Positions 39,510 to 51,820 of a stretch of DNA of 51,820 bases are shown here, piece after piece (position 1 is the stretch's first letter; each line of letters begins with the position of its first letter). A model generated the notes under the pieces. It was not told the DNA's origin. It searched no databases and saw only the letters and a list, made by a program, of their open reading frames with translations. This DNA is from Girardia tigrina. Lineage: Eukaryota. The position numbers and the translations under genes are program-made. Where the stretch lies: positions 1-51,820 of the forward strand of contig MQRK01201145.1 in the NCBI GenBank assembly GCA_001938485.1. Direction: 5' to 3'.

Positions 39510-40135
39510 TAAAAAAGTATTTACTACAATCAGATCCACAAATCTTAACAAAACGACTCCCCTGTTCGGCAAAATGAATGTAGATCCAGATCACAAAAAC
39601 TAATTTAATGTAACTTTGTAATGTTTACATTTAATTAAATCATATTTTTATATGAAATGGATTATTTAAAATTATATTCAGTTATGATCATCTATTTTTT
39701 ATTTAAATCTTTAAAAAATTTTATTGCAAAAACATCACAAAAAACGTTTAAAGAAAATTTGTTTAGATAAATTTATTTAATTTTTTGATTTTGAATATTT
39801 TAATTAAAAAATCAAAAAAATTAATCAAAATAAATTATTCTTCATTAAATTTTATTTAAACAAAATAATGATTTATTTTCATTGAGATATTTTAAAACTA
39901 ATAAATTCAAAATTTTATTATTTTCTTTACAATAGATTTGATGAAATTATATTTATAAAATATAATTTTGAAATTTTATTACTGACAAATTAATTTTATT
40001 TTTCACGACGGAAATCGAAATTAAAATTTGTGAATAGTGTAATTTTGTCTGTTACTTTTTCAATACATATGATAATTTTTTTAGTCTTCCAAAATTCGGA
40101 AACTTTTTGTAGAAAATGTAATTATTTATAATAGC

Positions 40136-40178
<43 letters not shown>

Positions 40179-40200
40179 ATTATTATTATGTTAGTATTAT
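40136..40200. repeat. (ATT)n microsatellite
   Basis: Direct reading of the sequence. Confidence 0.9.
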
Positions 40201-42001
40201 TTTTTATGTTATTTTGTAGTCATTCGTGTCAGTTGTATAAATAATTCAAAATTTAAAGCGTTTAAAATTATTTATGAAGGAAAATTATGAAGGAAGATCA
40301 CAGAATATCTATCAAGGATATCTCTCAGCTAATAGATGTAAGAGTATCAGAGGTATGCGTCACATTAAAAATGACCATAATGTAAGAAAACTGTCATCCA
40401 GGTTCGTCTAACATTTTTTTCTTCTGAGATTTTAAAACTACCGAAAATGTTGCTGGACAAACATATTGAATTTGATGAGCAAAGTAACCATATCCTCAGA
40501 CCAATAACTTTTGTGAATAAAAATCATTTATCCACTTATCTTTCTGAGACGAATATGAGTCAAGAGAATGAAATGATTTTAGAGAAACGAGTTCCAGAAG
40601 GAAAAAGTCGTTTGTGTTGACTATTTTCGGGATTAAAGTGACATTTGCTGTTTGAATTTCCTTCAAAAAAGTCTGAAAAGTATTTAAAATTACAACAGCA
40701 AACGAGTGAGCACACACAGAAGGAATTTTGAAAGTCTTGTGGTCTGTCTCTGTGGCTCTTCCAGAACAACGTTCCAATCGTCAAAAAAAGGAAGTCATGA
40801 AGAAATGGATTGTTTTATTTCTGAACCAAAAAAACCTTTGAAAATTTATAGACTTGTATTATATACTTTTCTACCGTTTATATAGATGAAATTAAAGATA
40901 ATATAATACATTGCGTTCAGGTAATAAAAAATCTTCACTAACTTGTCCAATGTCTTTTTGAATATTAAATTTTGGATCCAAAATTTTTTGACAATTCTTC
41001 TTGTGATATTCTGTCCCAAAACTTTTGAAGAGTTCTTTAGAAACTCTAAATCATGTAGAATCTAATTACTCTCACATTTTTTCCAACACTTAACATTTTA
41101 AAGTTTTCTAATGCACATCTTTGCAAAGATGGCGGATAGTATCCCCAATTTACGAGTCATTACACCAATTACATATATCCCGAAAGAAAATTTTAGAACA
41201 CAGACACAAAATAGGTGATTTATTCAAAAAAATATTTCCTACTTTAAATAACTATGATATAATTTAAAAATTTTTAAGATTATTTATAATTTTTAAAATG
41301 CAATTTTTAAAATAGAAAAATAAATTAGATAAGAAAATGACAAAATAATTTGAATGGTTTCAATCCAAAAAACCCTTGCATAGCCGAACAACGATACTTG
41401 TTTCTGAAAAATATAATAATATTGAAGACTCTTAAGTTCAAATATATTAAAACTAGAAAGTTTAGAGGCGGCCAGACACCCGTGAAGAAAAACTTAAAAA
41501 TCTAGAAAATCTTTTGACTTTGGAAACTATTCACTTGAAAAAGATTCCAATAAAAATTCTCTTGATTTTGCTTGTTTTCATTAAAAAATTTTAAACTCGG
41601 AGTTTGTACATTAGTACACTTGAGCTATCTGCATCAATTATTCTTCATTTATAAATAAATTTTGTTTCTGCAAGTGACTATGTCAAATATCAAAACTGAC
41701 TTCCAGCAAAGGAAGTACCTATTTCTGACATCAGAACTAACTTCCAGCATAGGAAGTGTTTTTACCCTTTAACAATAAAGATAGCTGATGCAAGCATGAA
41801 TGAATGCATTGGCAGTAAAGAAAAAAGTTCATTGTTTAGGAATGAAAAAAAAGTTGATCATAGTAAACGTTGAGCGTGATCAACAAACCAACAAACAACC
41901 AAAAATTTTAGTCAAATAATTAATAATTAATAGTATTTAATAATTTTCAATTTTAAACTAAATTTTTAAATCTTTACAATTATAATTGTTACAATCCTAG
42001 T

Positions 42002-42430
42002 TGTGAGGAATATTTTTGAATGGTGTTTATTGTGTGTTGTTTGATATGTTGTTTTAGGATTGTTTCTCCCACCCAGTTGGAAGATTGATATCTTAAATAT
42101 TTTAAAACGTCGAGTTGTTTAATCAATTATTAAAAGTTAAATAATCACTTTAAAATTAAACTAATATTTCATAATATTTTAATAATAATTTTTGTAATAA
42201 TTAAATTATAATTTAAAGTATAAATTATTTTTGTAATGATTAAATTGTATTTTAAATTTGTTTGAATAATAGGACATTGAAGAATATTATTAAAGATTAT
42301 CAATCAAGAACGATGACGAGCTACGTAAGTTTTACGGAGAATTGTTGTAGTGACAATTCAAATTGTGATAATAATAAATGTAGAGTAAACTCAATTAATG
42401 TTCTTAATAATAGTCTACTTATAATTGCAA
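42002..42430 (+). repeat. TGTGAGGAAT-family solo-LTR-like copy
   Basis: Same 5' motif and 3' tgtgataataataaatgt block as other copies. Confidence 0.5.
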
Positions 42431-42627
42431 GTAGTAGATCTTTGAGAGTGACGTGCAAACAATTTTAAGTCGATTATATTATTAATAAAAAATTATTTTT
42501 TCATTAATATAAATATTAACTAAAATTTTTGTTTTAAATATTTTTCAGAAAATTAAAAAATAATGGCAAATTATGGTTATGAACCCAAATACGTCATTTG
42601 TAAAATAAATTTTTATTTTTAAAAAAA

Positions 42628-42787
42628 ACTAATTTCGACGGTATAACCGTCATCGTCAGGTCTCAAGAATAAAAATGAATTTTAAATCCGCTTATATCGG
42701 CAAGCAGTGATTATGTCATCGAACACGCTCAATAGGGTTTTCGAGATACTCGTTTGCACATCAATCTTAGGATCTAAAGATCTGATT
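42628..42787 (-). mobile_element. PLE family B 3' end with hammerhead core (42628-42667)
   Basis: CTGACGA t GACGG ttata CCGTC GAAA ttagt, with a perfect stem II; homologous to 35491-35665. Confidence 0.75.
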
Positions 42788-42989
42788 AAAATAATTTTAA
42801 AATGTGTAAATAATACCTTTAATTTAACAATAATATCCAAAATGTGTTTTGTAATAAATCTCTAACTTTATTTGCATTATGTTCGGAACTGTTTATTCTT
42901 GTCCCTCCTGAAATGTGAGTAAATATTTTATAGAACGATTTGTTTAGAAATCCATTTATGAAAATTTATTTCACATAAACTACTTTTTA

Positions 42990-43260
42990 TAAAACAAATA
43001 ATGTTTTCAAATTTAATATATGTATGGGGAAATGATATCCCAGTTTCATCAACTATTATCCATCGTTTCATCAAGTATTCTTTCCCATATTGTTGCACAA
43101 GTTGCAAAAAATTTCTACAGGATTCAATACGTTGTCGTTTGTGATCATCAGTCAGTTGATAGGGCACCCAAATGCTCAAAATCTTTTTCCTGTTCAAATT
43201 TTCATGGATGATTGTCCTTATTGATTCTTTGTTGACATTAAGCATTTCACTTATATAAAT
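42990..43260 (-). mobile_element. mariner transposase fragment
   Basis: SIRTIIHENL..WVPYQLT..IVDET. Confidence 0.75.
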
Positions 43261-45420
43261 GCAAATAATTGAATTTTCTTAGCAGTTCCGTTTTCAATAA
43301 TTAAGCTGTAATTTTTAATAAATATTATTAATTGCACTTATATTACCATGTACTTCTGTGGAAGATGTTTTGGAGCCAAATTCTGATTATTGTTTATATT
43401 ATTTTCAAATATACGATATAATAAAACCAGTAGCCATGATAACGATTTTTACCCTATCCAAATATACGAATAAAATCATAAACTGCGAATTGACATACAG
43501 GGTATTGAATCACATACTCTGTCAGGTAGAAACAATAACATACAAAAGAGTATTCAGATCATCTCTCAAGGCTTAAGATGTGAGAGTAGAAGCTTTTAGT
43601 AAACTGACACGATTTGGCTTACTTATTATGAATGACAAAACAAAATCCATAAGTTCCGCGATTTTTAAAAGGCTAATCTGCCAAAAATGCTTTTAGTTCA
43701 ATGGTAAAAGGTACTATTAAAAATCATTCTATTCGTTGTGTTTTCAAATTGGAATACTTATACTTCTCTCGGGATCAATCATTGGTATTTCAAATTGGTG
43801 GTACCAACATCCAATGATACATCATATACAATGGATTTAAAGCATATATCCTTCTGCTTACCGTTACCGTGTTTAACGTACCTATTCGGTGATCAACCAA
43901 CATGTCTCTTCGACCATTTATACGTTTTGTAACTTTTGTGGTAGTTCTCTATGGGACAAGAATAAGTTCCTCCACCTCTCTGTCAATGAGCAACAATAGT
44001 CACATGTACTTAGTTTTACATTTTAGATCTTCAGTGAAACATTCTCTAGATTTTTAAAATAAAGTTTCTTGCAAACCATTTAAAAAATGTTCTAAAATAC
44101 TAGTTATATGTACATTGTATTTAATATTATTTATTTGGTATGTTTTCTGCACATTATCTTGCATTAAATCTTTTTTCGAGATAATTTATTTTTGCATGTG
44201 TTCTTCTTTTGCAATGTGTTTTTATCTTTCCCACAAAACCCGTTTGATCTTCTTTTAGCGGAAATTATTTAAAGAATAAATCATTTTATAATCGAAAAGA
44301 AAAATGTATTATTAATAAATTTCCGTAAATACTATTTTTTAAATTGATGTTGATTATTTTATAATAATAATTATTTCAATTAATATTATCATTACCTTTT
44401 AATTATGTATGCTAAAAATAATACTAATATAATGTTTATATTAAAAAGAAAAAATAAAGAAATAATAAAAGCATTATATATATATATATATATATATATG
44501 TGTATATTTAATGAAAAACAAGGACATTTTTTATTAAATTTATTCATAAAACAAACGCGTTTCACTATTATGACATTTTCAATGTAACAAAAAAGGATTA
44601 ATATTTATAATAAGGATTACTATTTGTATACTCTAAAACTCGGAAATAGTTCCCCACTTAAATTATTTTTCAAAAATGGTAAATGAATAAAAATTTAGTT
44701 TATTTGTTTCTCTTTTTTATTTCAAAAATCTGTTTATTTTTTTTATAATACTTTTTATAATAATTTCCCATCTTCTATATGCTTTTTAAAAAAATTGCTA
44801 AAGAATTATCCCCTATGAGGAGATTAATTCAAGTTTTCAAATTGTTAAACAAATGTTATGTCATATATCTCAAAAAAACATGCTTAAAAATATTTTTAAT
44901 TTTATCTTAAAAGTTTAGATATTTCCATAAAAATATGTTAATGTTATTTAAACAACGTTTTATTTGATTGGATAAATCACTTTGCATGTTGAAGCATGAT
45001 TTATGACACTTTATTAACAATTTTCGACAATAATTCTTTAATAATTTGTGTCAAAATTATTCAAAATAACTTTTAATTTATTATCATGTTCATTGTTTTT
45101 ATATGACATTTTTTGATAAATCTTAAAATCAAACTATTTCTACTCAATTGAGTATGTTCCGTAATTCTAGAATGGAGATGATTACTTGTTTCACCTATGT
45201 ACAATGCTTAGCACTTGTGAGATTTAAATTGATAAACTAGATTACCTTTCATACTTAGTAACGATATTTGTAAGTTATAAACATTAATCTCCCTTTAAGC
45301 CAAAAGGAATTTGATGTTCTAAAAATCGTATATACTCTTTTTTTTATATATATATTATTTGTTCTTTTGATGTATAAAATTTGTGTCTTTTATTTTAATT
45401 AGTTTTATAATTTTATTCAG

Positions 45421-45814
45421 TTTTATTCAACAAAATTAACAAAGGGGACGATAATTCCATTTAATATCAGTCCGTACAAATATTGTTCAAGTCAAAGATC
45501 TTTTAAAAATATTCCTTCATGTACCCAAGGATTGTTGACCCCCACGCATAATATTGTTAATGTTAATTCACCGAAAGTGATAATTAAGTCTTCACCTATT
45601 CATAATCCTCTTGGTATAGACAGTTGTATTTACACTAGTTTACCAGCTTCGGATACAGAAAGCCTAGGAACACCAGATCGAAAACCAAACAACCTAAAAC
45701 AACTTTTGCCATCAGTTATTCAAAACTCTCCTATTCCTTCTTACTGGAATAATCCTTCAATTAGAAGTTCAATATCCCCGGACAAGATTATCTTTAATTC
45801 AAATACTTTGGACG
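45421..45814 (+). CDS. DDR: DDR-like gene, Ser/Pro-rich cytoplasmic juxtamembrane exon
   Basis: Acceptor ttttattcag at 45420 (phase 0, matches TM exon), open for 131 codons (FYSTKLTKGTIIPFNISPYKY...NSNTLD), donor g|gtaaat at 45815. Assigned to DDR from strand, phase and composition. Confidence 0.7.
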
Positions 45815-46189
45815 GTAAATATTTTTAAATTATTTTTAACTTTAACTATTTTCTACAATTTTGAAATCAAAACTTATTTATCCTTCAAATATGATTTATG
45901 TGATTATAATTTAATATTCATTTAAACAACTATTTTCAATTTTTTAATTATATCATTTCCAGTTATTTACTATAATTTTAATGTTACAATTATTTAAAAT
46001 TTCAAATGAACTATTTTATGGCTTTTTGGAATCTACATCTAGAATTATAGAACTAATGATTCACAAATTAACAATTAATCATTTTTGAACTTTAATTATT
46101 CACACTACAGCAATCATATAAGTTTGTAAATTAATTAAAATGAAAGAGAAAATAATATAAATATAATATTAGTAAAATTAAATACACTT

Positions 46190-46660
46190 TGTGAGGAATA
46201 TTTTAAATTATTTCAATGTGTAAATGTATTGATGCTGTATGTTGATTTAAGGATGTTGAATTTAGAATGGTGATTCTCCCACTCAGATGGAAATTGGTAT
46301 TTTTTATTAAATTTAAAGTGATTGACTATTCGAACATATTTAAAATAATCATTTTATAAGTTCATATCTTTAATTTCAGAATTCAAATTAAGTTTAATAA
46401 TTTTTAGTAAAACTTAAATTAAATGCATTTTTAATAATTTGATGTCATTTTTATTATTTTGTGATTTATTGAAAAATGGTAAAAATTAATATTTTTAATT
46501 AATATTTTTTAGAGGTTAAATATTTTAAAAAAAAACTTAGAAAAATTGTTCTAATAATCATGATTAAAAACAGATGAAAGACCTTCTGAGACTTTTAATG
46601 ACTCTAAATGTAATTGCAATAAAAATTCAAACGAGACTTGTTTAAATGTTCTTAATACAC
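46190..46660 (+). repeat. TGTGAGGAAT-family solo-LTR-like copy
   Basis: 5' 85 nt closely match the reverse complement of 3500-3587; motif ctcccactcagatgga. Confidence 0.5.
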
Positions 46661-46859
46661 TTATTTATTCTTTGTTAATAATATCAAATTTTATTTAGTA
46701 ACAATATAATTGACAACATATTTCACCTTCACAGACATCTTCAGGTCTTCTGTTTGAGGTTTGTAAAGCGATCTTCTTTTATACTTGCTTGTTTGTTATG
46801 CAAGTGGTATTACGTAACTCCTGGATTAATTTATTGATATCAATTAAAATATATTGATT

Positions 46860-47122
46860 TGATTGTACATTGAAGAAACAAACCGTTAACTCCGCACTAG
46901 GGTAGCCGAACATTCTCAAGAGAGCAGGAATAGTTCAATTCTGGAACATCTGACGAAATGTAAAGATCGGGAAACTGTCAATTGGGAAAGTGAATTAAAA
47001 ATATTTATCTCGAATTTTGATAATTGTAGTGAAAGGATCATCACAGAAGCACTTCTAATAAAGCACCTCGTACCATGCTTCAATGTGCAGAGTGAAATCT
47101 CTAATCCCATCAATATATTTTA
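46860..47122 (+). mobile_element. PLE GIY-YIG C-terminal fragment
   Basis: Plus-strand reading LRTRVAEHSQESRNSSILEHLTKC...ERIITEALLIKHLVPCFNVQ, paralogous to 1-405. The ORF track shows only its antisense shadow. Confidence 0.85.
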
Positions 47123-47347
47123 ATTGATCAGAATAACAGAAATATAATTCTAATAGAACAATATAATTGATTATCATTTTGATTATAAATAACGTTAGAC
47201 TATTGATTACTTTATGGTCTTCTTTAGTTTCGTTCACTTGTTTGTAAATATTCCTTTACTTGTTTTCATTTTCAAATTTCGAAGAAAGAATAATGATTTT
47301 CTTGAACTGTTTTACTTCGCCACCTCTAATTAAAGAAGTATATAATT

Positions 47348-47800
47348 TATGATGGAAAATTTCGAATGTTGTAAGTTTGTTGTTTGTATGCTGTTTAGAT
47401 TTGTGACTCTCCTACTCAGATGTGATTGATATGTTTATTGATTGATTATTTGAATATAATGAAATTAATTTAATAATATTAATTTTAACTACTAATTAAT
47501 TAAAGTTTTATAATTATGAATTTTAATAATATTGTTAGTAAACGATTTTAACTTATTAAATTTAATATATTTTATAAATGAATGTTTATTTAAAAAAATA
47601 CTCAATGTCTTTTTATCTTATAAAATTATGAGAAATTAAAAGTTAATATTAAATAATTTCCCCATTCATTGTTTTTTTAGATTTGAATATATAATCAAAA
47701 ACTATATTAATCAAAGCAAGATGCAACTGAAAATTGTTGTGAAGAAACTGTTTGTGTTGTTAAAAAATGTTTACATTCAAATTGTGATGCTGTTAATATA
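47348..47800 (+). repeat. Diverged TGTGAGGAAT-family copy
   Basis: ctctcctactcagatg motif at about 47408; boundaries approximate. Confidence 0.4.
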
Positions 47801-48577
47801 ATTAGTGACTTAAAATCCTGTTAATCGCAAATTTTCAATAAGCTGGTTAAGACTGTCGATTGAACACTGATTTTAGGGCAACTGGAATAAATATGCAATG
47901 CTCCACGCGACACTCTCCCTAAAAAAAGTTTTACAATACTTGAAAAAATCTAGAAATTTTCGATTTAATTATTACATAAATCCTCTATGTGTAGTAATAT
48001 TATTCTTACTCTGTTTTCGACCATTTAATGAATTTTATTACTCAGACTCTCTAACTTGTGTGGCATCGCATAGTCTTAATTCATACATATAAACATATTT
48101 CATATTGTAATACAAAATATATTTTGAGTATTATGAGATCGTAAAATAATTTGTAAATTCAAGTCATTATTTTGTTTTTGCTGAAACTGTCAGAAGAGAC
48201 ACTTTAAATTTTACAAATTAACATTTAAAATGTTTATTCACTGTTTTTACACATTTTCAGGAAACGTTTTAAAATAGCTATAGTGATTTACCAGAGTATT
48301 TAGTTTATTACTTTCAACATATTTTAAGAACAAAGAAGACAAAAACGATAAACGGTTTTTTCTACTTAGAATTCCAAAACCTTTGGATGAAGTATAAAAA
48401 CCGTTATCAGATTTTACGATACGTTTCTTCAAACTAGAAACTTTTTTATATTAAAGATAGATTGTCTTAACCTATTCAATTATATTTTCAATCATTGAAC
48501 AAAATCCTAAATGAACAGTTAATGTTTAAAAATTTAGTTTTTCAATAAACCCTATCATGTCAATAATATTTTGTTCT

Positions 48578-49640
48578 ACTTAAATATCTATTCACATATA
48601 AAATCCTAAATTTTAAGTTTGAATCAATGGGATATTTTAAAATAAATCATAAATTTATAAAAAAAATATAAAATTTCTTTCCATCTGATCTTTGAATATA
48701 GCATTGGGGGACACATATCAGCTATGATGGAGCCACCATCCGGTTTTTTATATTCTAAAGAGTCATGCATAAATATATTTTTTGTTTAATATAATTGCAG
48801 ATTTTATACAAATAAAATATAAACATAAGGACGATTTCTTTATAACATATTAAAAATAATTGTAAAAGAAAAGTCACACATAATAATGGGCGCACTATGT
48901 AAAATTAATCGAATACTGTAATCACCTAATCTAATTAACAAACCTTTACATGTCACCCTCTCAAAATAATTATTAAAATACTTGCAAATAATTTTGAAAT
49001 TCTTTTTACTCAGGTTACATTTACTAGTTTTCCTATGCTCAGAAATAGTATTATCCACCCTACAAAAGTGGGCTCTTGGATTCGTTTGCAGAAATAACGA
49101 GAAGCCTTTCAATGTATATGACATTGCATCCATTACATGTATAAATGTATAGAAACAAGTCTAAAAACAAACTCTTTTGAGTAGGTGATTGATTACAAAA
49201 CATATTTTATACTTTAAGTTACTGAGATATATTTTTAAAATTTAATATATGTTTTGTTACTTTCAAAATAGAATTATTTAGATTTTTGAATCCGTTGAAT
49301 AAGATAAACTCAATACATAACCTGGTATAAAAACATTTTCAATTTTAAGACTCTTAGATTTTATCCTCTATTATAGATTCACTTGATCATATGTTACAAA
49401 TTTAAAAGCCGTAATCAAGGATCTAAAGATGACGGTAAAAACTTCAAAATACATCAAATCCCAAATTTTAAGTTTGACTCAAAAGGATATTTGGAAATAA
49501 ACCATAAATTTATAAAAGATTATAAATCTCTTTCCCTCTGACCTTTGTAAAAGCATTGGTGGATATACATTAAGCTCTAAGGCAGCCGCAATCTGATTTT
49601 CTATATTCTTATACATAAATATTTTTTTATTTAAATAATT
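48578..49640 (-). mobile_element. Degenerate PLE, partial tandem
   Basis: ISEHRKTSKC..FNNYFERVTCKGLLIR; diverged direct repeats at about 48578-48790 and 49441-49630. Confidence 0.55.
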
Positions 49641-50177
49641 TGTCTTTTTAACACAAAGTTATAATAGAAATTACAAAAGTAAGGCATTAGAAAGCAAATA
49701 ATATTTACTTTCTACAAGAATTTAAAATAGAATGAAACCCTTTATTTTTTATGCTTTATAAGAATGTAGAAAATTATAAAGTAGAGACGCAATCTTACGT
49801 TTTATGTCGGTATTTTTCTACAAAATATGAGCATAAAAGAAAGTAATAGATTAACTTAAGCTGATTTTCTTTCTTTTTATAACATCGAAACTCAAATCGT
49901 AGCGGATCTTTGAAAAAGATTAAAAAACATTATTTTTCTGACTTTCTAAAATTTACTTTCACTTAGATTTTCTTAGTAAATATAAACAAACTAAAATATT
50001 TTTATTATAGAAGTTGTTGACGTTTTATATTTAAAATTGCGAGTAAAAATAAAATACTTTGATATATGATTTACGTTGTACCATGGTAAACGTATCTGGT
50101 TCTTTTTACAGGACTGCATTTTGTTGTTTATGGTTGATTTTAAGTTTAATATTTTATTATTAAATTATTAGAATATA

Positions 50178-51514
50178 CAGTCAGCTGCAAAAGTTTGTGA
50201 ACGCTTGTTGTTAATTTTTTTTTGCACCAAACTGCAATTATATTCACAAAATCTCACCAAAATACAAAGATTTTATTAGAACATTATAATAAGACACAAA
50301 TTTATCAAAACTTGTCATAACTGGTACATAAACCACGAAAAATCAGTGTATATTTAGTATTTTGTGTGTTTACCCTTATTTTTGAGAACAGAACGAATTC
50401 GGTCAGGCATCGAATGGCATAATTTTTTACAATAGTATGGTGATACTTTTTGAGTCCAAACAGTTTCCACTGCTTTGATCATATCCTGCAGGGATTTGGT
50501 TGCATGGCAGCAACCTGTTTCTTCAACTGGGTCCAGGAATTTTCAATCGAATTGAGATCCGGTGAGTTTCCTGGTCAAGGACCAAGAATTTGGCAGCTTG
50601 ACTGCGCTAACCACTCTTGAACAGCCTTGACATTGTGGCAAGGTGATCCATCATGCTGAAAGAAGGTCATTCTGTGTAACTCCATAAATGGTGGCAACTT
50701 TTCCTTTAAGATTTCTAAATAAACTGTACCATTTATGGTGATTCTGTTTGGCATGACCACGCGATGAAATAGCACCCCAAATCATCAATATTTCAGGCAT
50801 CCTTACAGTGGGCACAAGATATTAAGGATCGAAATGTTTTTTTGAGGTCGCCAAACATTACCAGAGGTGCTAGGAAACTGTGATATGGTTGTCTCGTCAC
50901 TAAATAGCACGCAGTCCCCCTGCTTTGCTGTCCAATACTCATAATGCTTGCAGAAAGCAACACGATCTGAAATATTTTTGCAGATAGCAGTGGTTCTTTG
51001 GCTGGCTTTGAGGACCTGAGACCTCCATCATCTAATGTGCGACGGATTAACCATTTGCTGACGGTTTGCAAGTACTGAGACAGCCTACTGCGAAGTTGCA
51101 CTGCTGTAACATGAGTGGTTCTTTAAGCCTCCTGTAAATTTTTTCTGTCATCTCTTTGACTGGTCGATCTTGGACGACCAGATCGAGATCTTGAACATAA
51201 GGAACCAGTCTCCCTTTTTCTCTGAACAGTCTGACACAAAAAACCAAGAGAAACATTAATAGTTGTAGCTATTTGTCGATAAGAAACACCATGCTTCTGC
51301 AATGCCAAAACTGCTGCACGCTGTTCTGTTGTTAGCTCCTTGCCGCGGACAGGCATAATTCTAAAATAAATAATGACAATTTATAACTTGAAAAGTAGTA
51401 AAAATAAAATATGTATTTAATCATTTAAAGGTTTAACAAGGAATACTCAAACATGCAGTGCAACAACAAAAAGCAGTATAGAAACAAGCGTTCACAAACT
51501 TTTGCACCTGACTG
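50178..51514 (-). mobile_element. Tc1 (DD34E) transposon, full length, degenerate transposase
   Basis: TIR CAGTCAG(C/G)TGCAAAAGTTTGTGAACGCTTGTT at both ends, TA TSDs; MPVRGKELT..RSGRPR, LFSDET, FQHDGSPCH, NSPDLNSIEN. Confidence 0.93.
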
Positions 51515-51820
51515 TACTTTAAAATGAAAAAATAAGCACTTTCGATATATTCTTCTTCTTGGGTTTAAAGAAGTAGATAAAGAAGCGAAAGTAGCTTGAG
51601 AGCTTTGTAACTTGCTGGGATAAAAAAATTCATTTAAAACGTAATTTTTTGAAAAAATTAAAAAAAACAATTTTTACAACAAAAAGTTGTTCAAACAATA
51701 TGTATATATATATATATATATATATATTAGGGGTACCCAAATGTTATGTCGTTTTTTATTGATTTTTAGAAACAAAAATAAAACCATATAAAACATTTAT
51801 TTAATCAGAAAAATAGTCCC

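Noticed and set aside
8540-51514. Apparent antisense bias of TEs relative to DDR
   Set aside because: Several elements are in sense orientation and the sample is too small.

Overview
Very AT-rich, gapped, transposon-dense eukaryotic genomic DNA. The composition, short introns and TE repertoire are compatible with a planarian (triclad) genome, but that is inference only. The single host gene I can support is a plus-strand discoidin domain receptor (DDR)-like receptor with four phase-consistent exons: DS-like domain 26206-26742, 48-nt micro-exon 32163-32210, transmembrane exon 34041-34288, juxtamembrane exon 45421-45814. The discoidin and kinase exons were not found here. The rest is probably intron, filled with mostly dead elements: Penelope-like elements (PLEs) with minimal hammerhead ribozymes, two Tc1, mariner, pogo, three Mutator (Phantom-like) elements, a hAT MITE, Gypsy pol and LTRs, and an RTE-like LINE. 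Most notable: a FLYWCH-MULE transposase apparently fused to a C-terminal RING finger; two PLE hammerhead families, one with copies ending at the predicted cleavage site and one with copies ending at (TA)n; a Tc1 whose 5' end is an inverted copy of its own 3' end; a GOSR1 pseudogene missed by the ORF track; and an orphan three-exon gene fragment inside the DDR intron. Novelty of any of these cannot be established without database searches.
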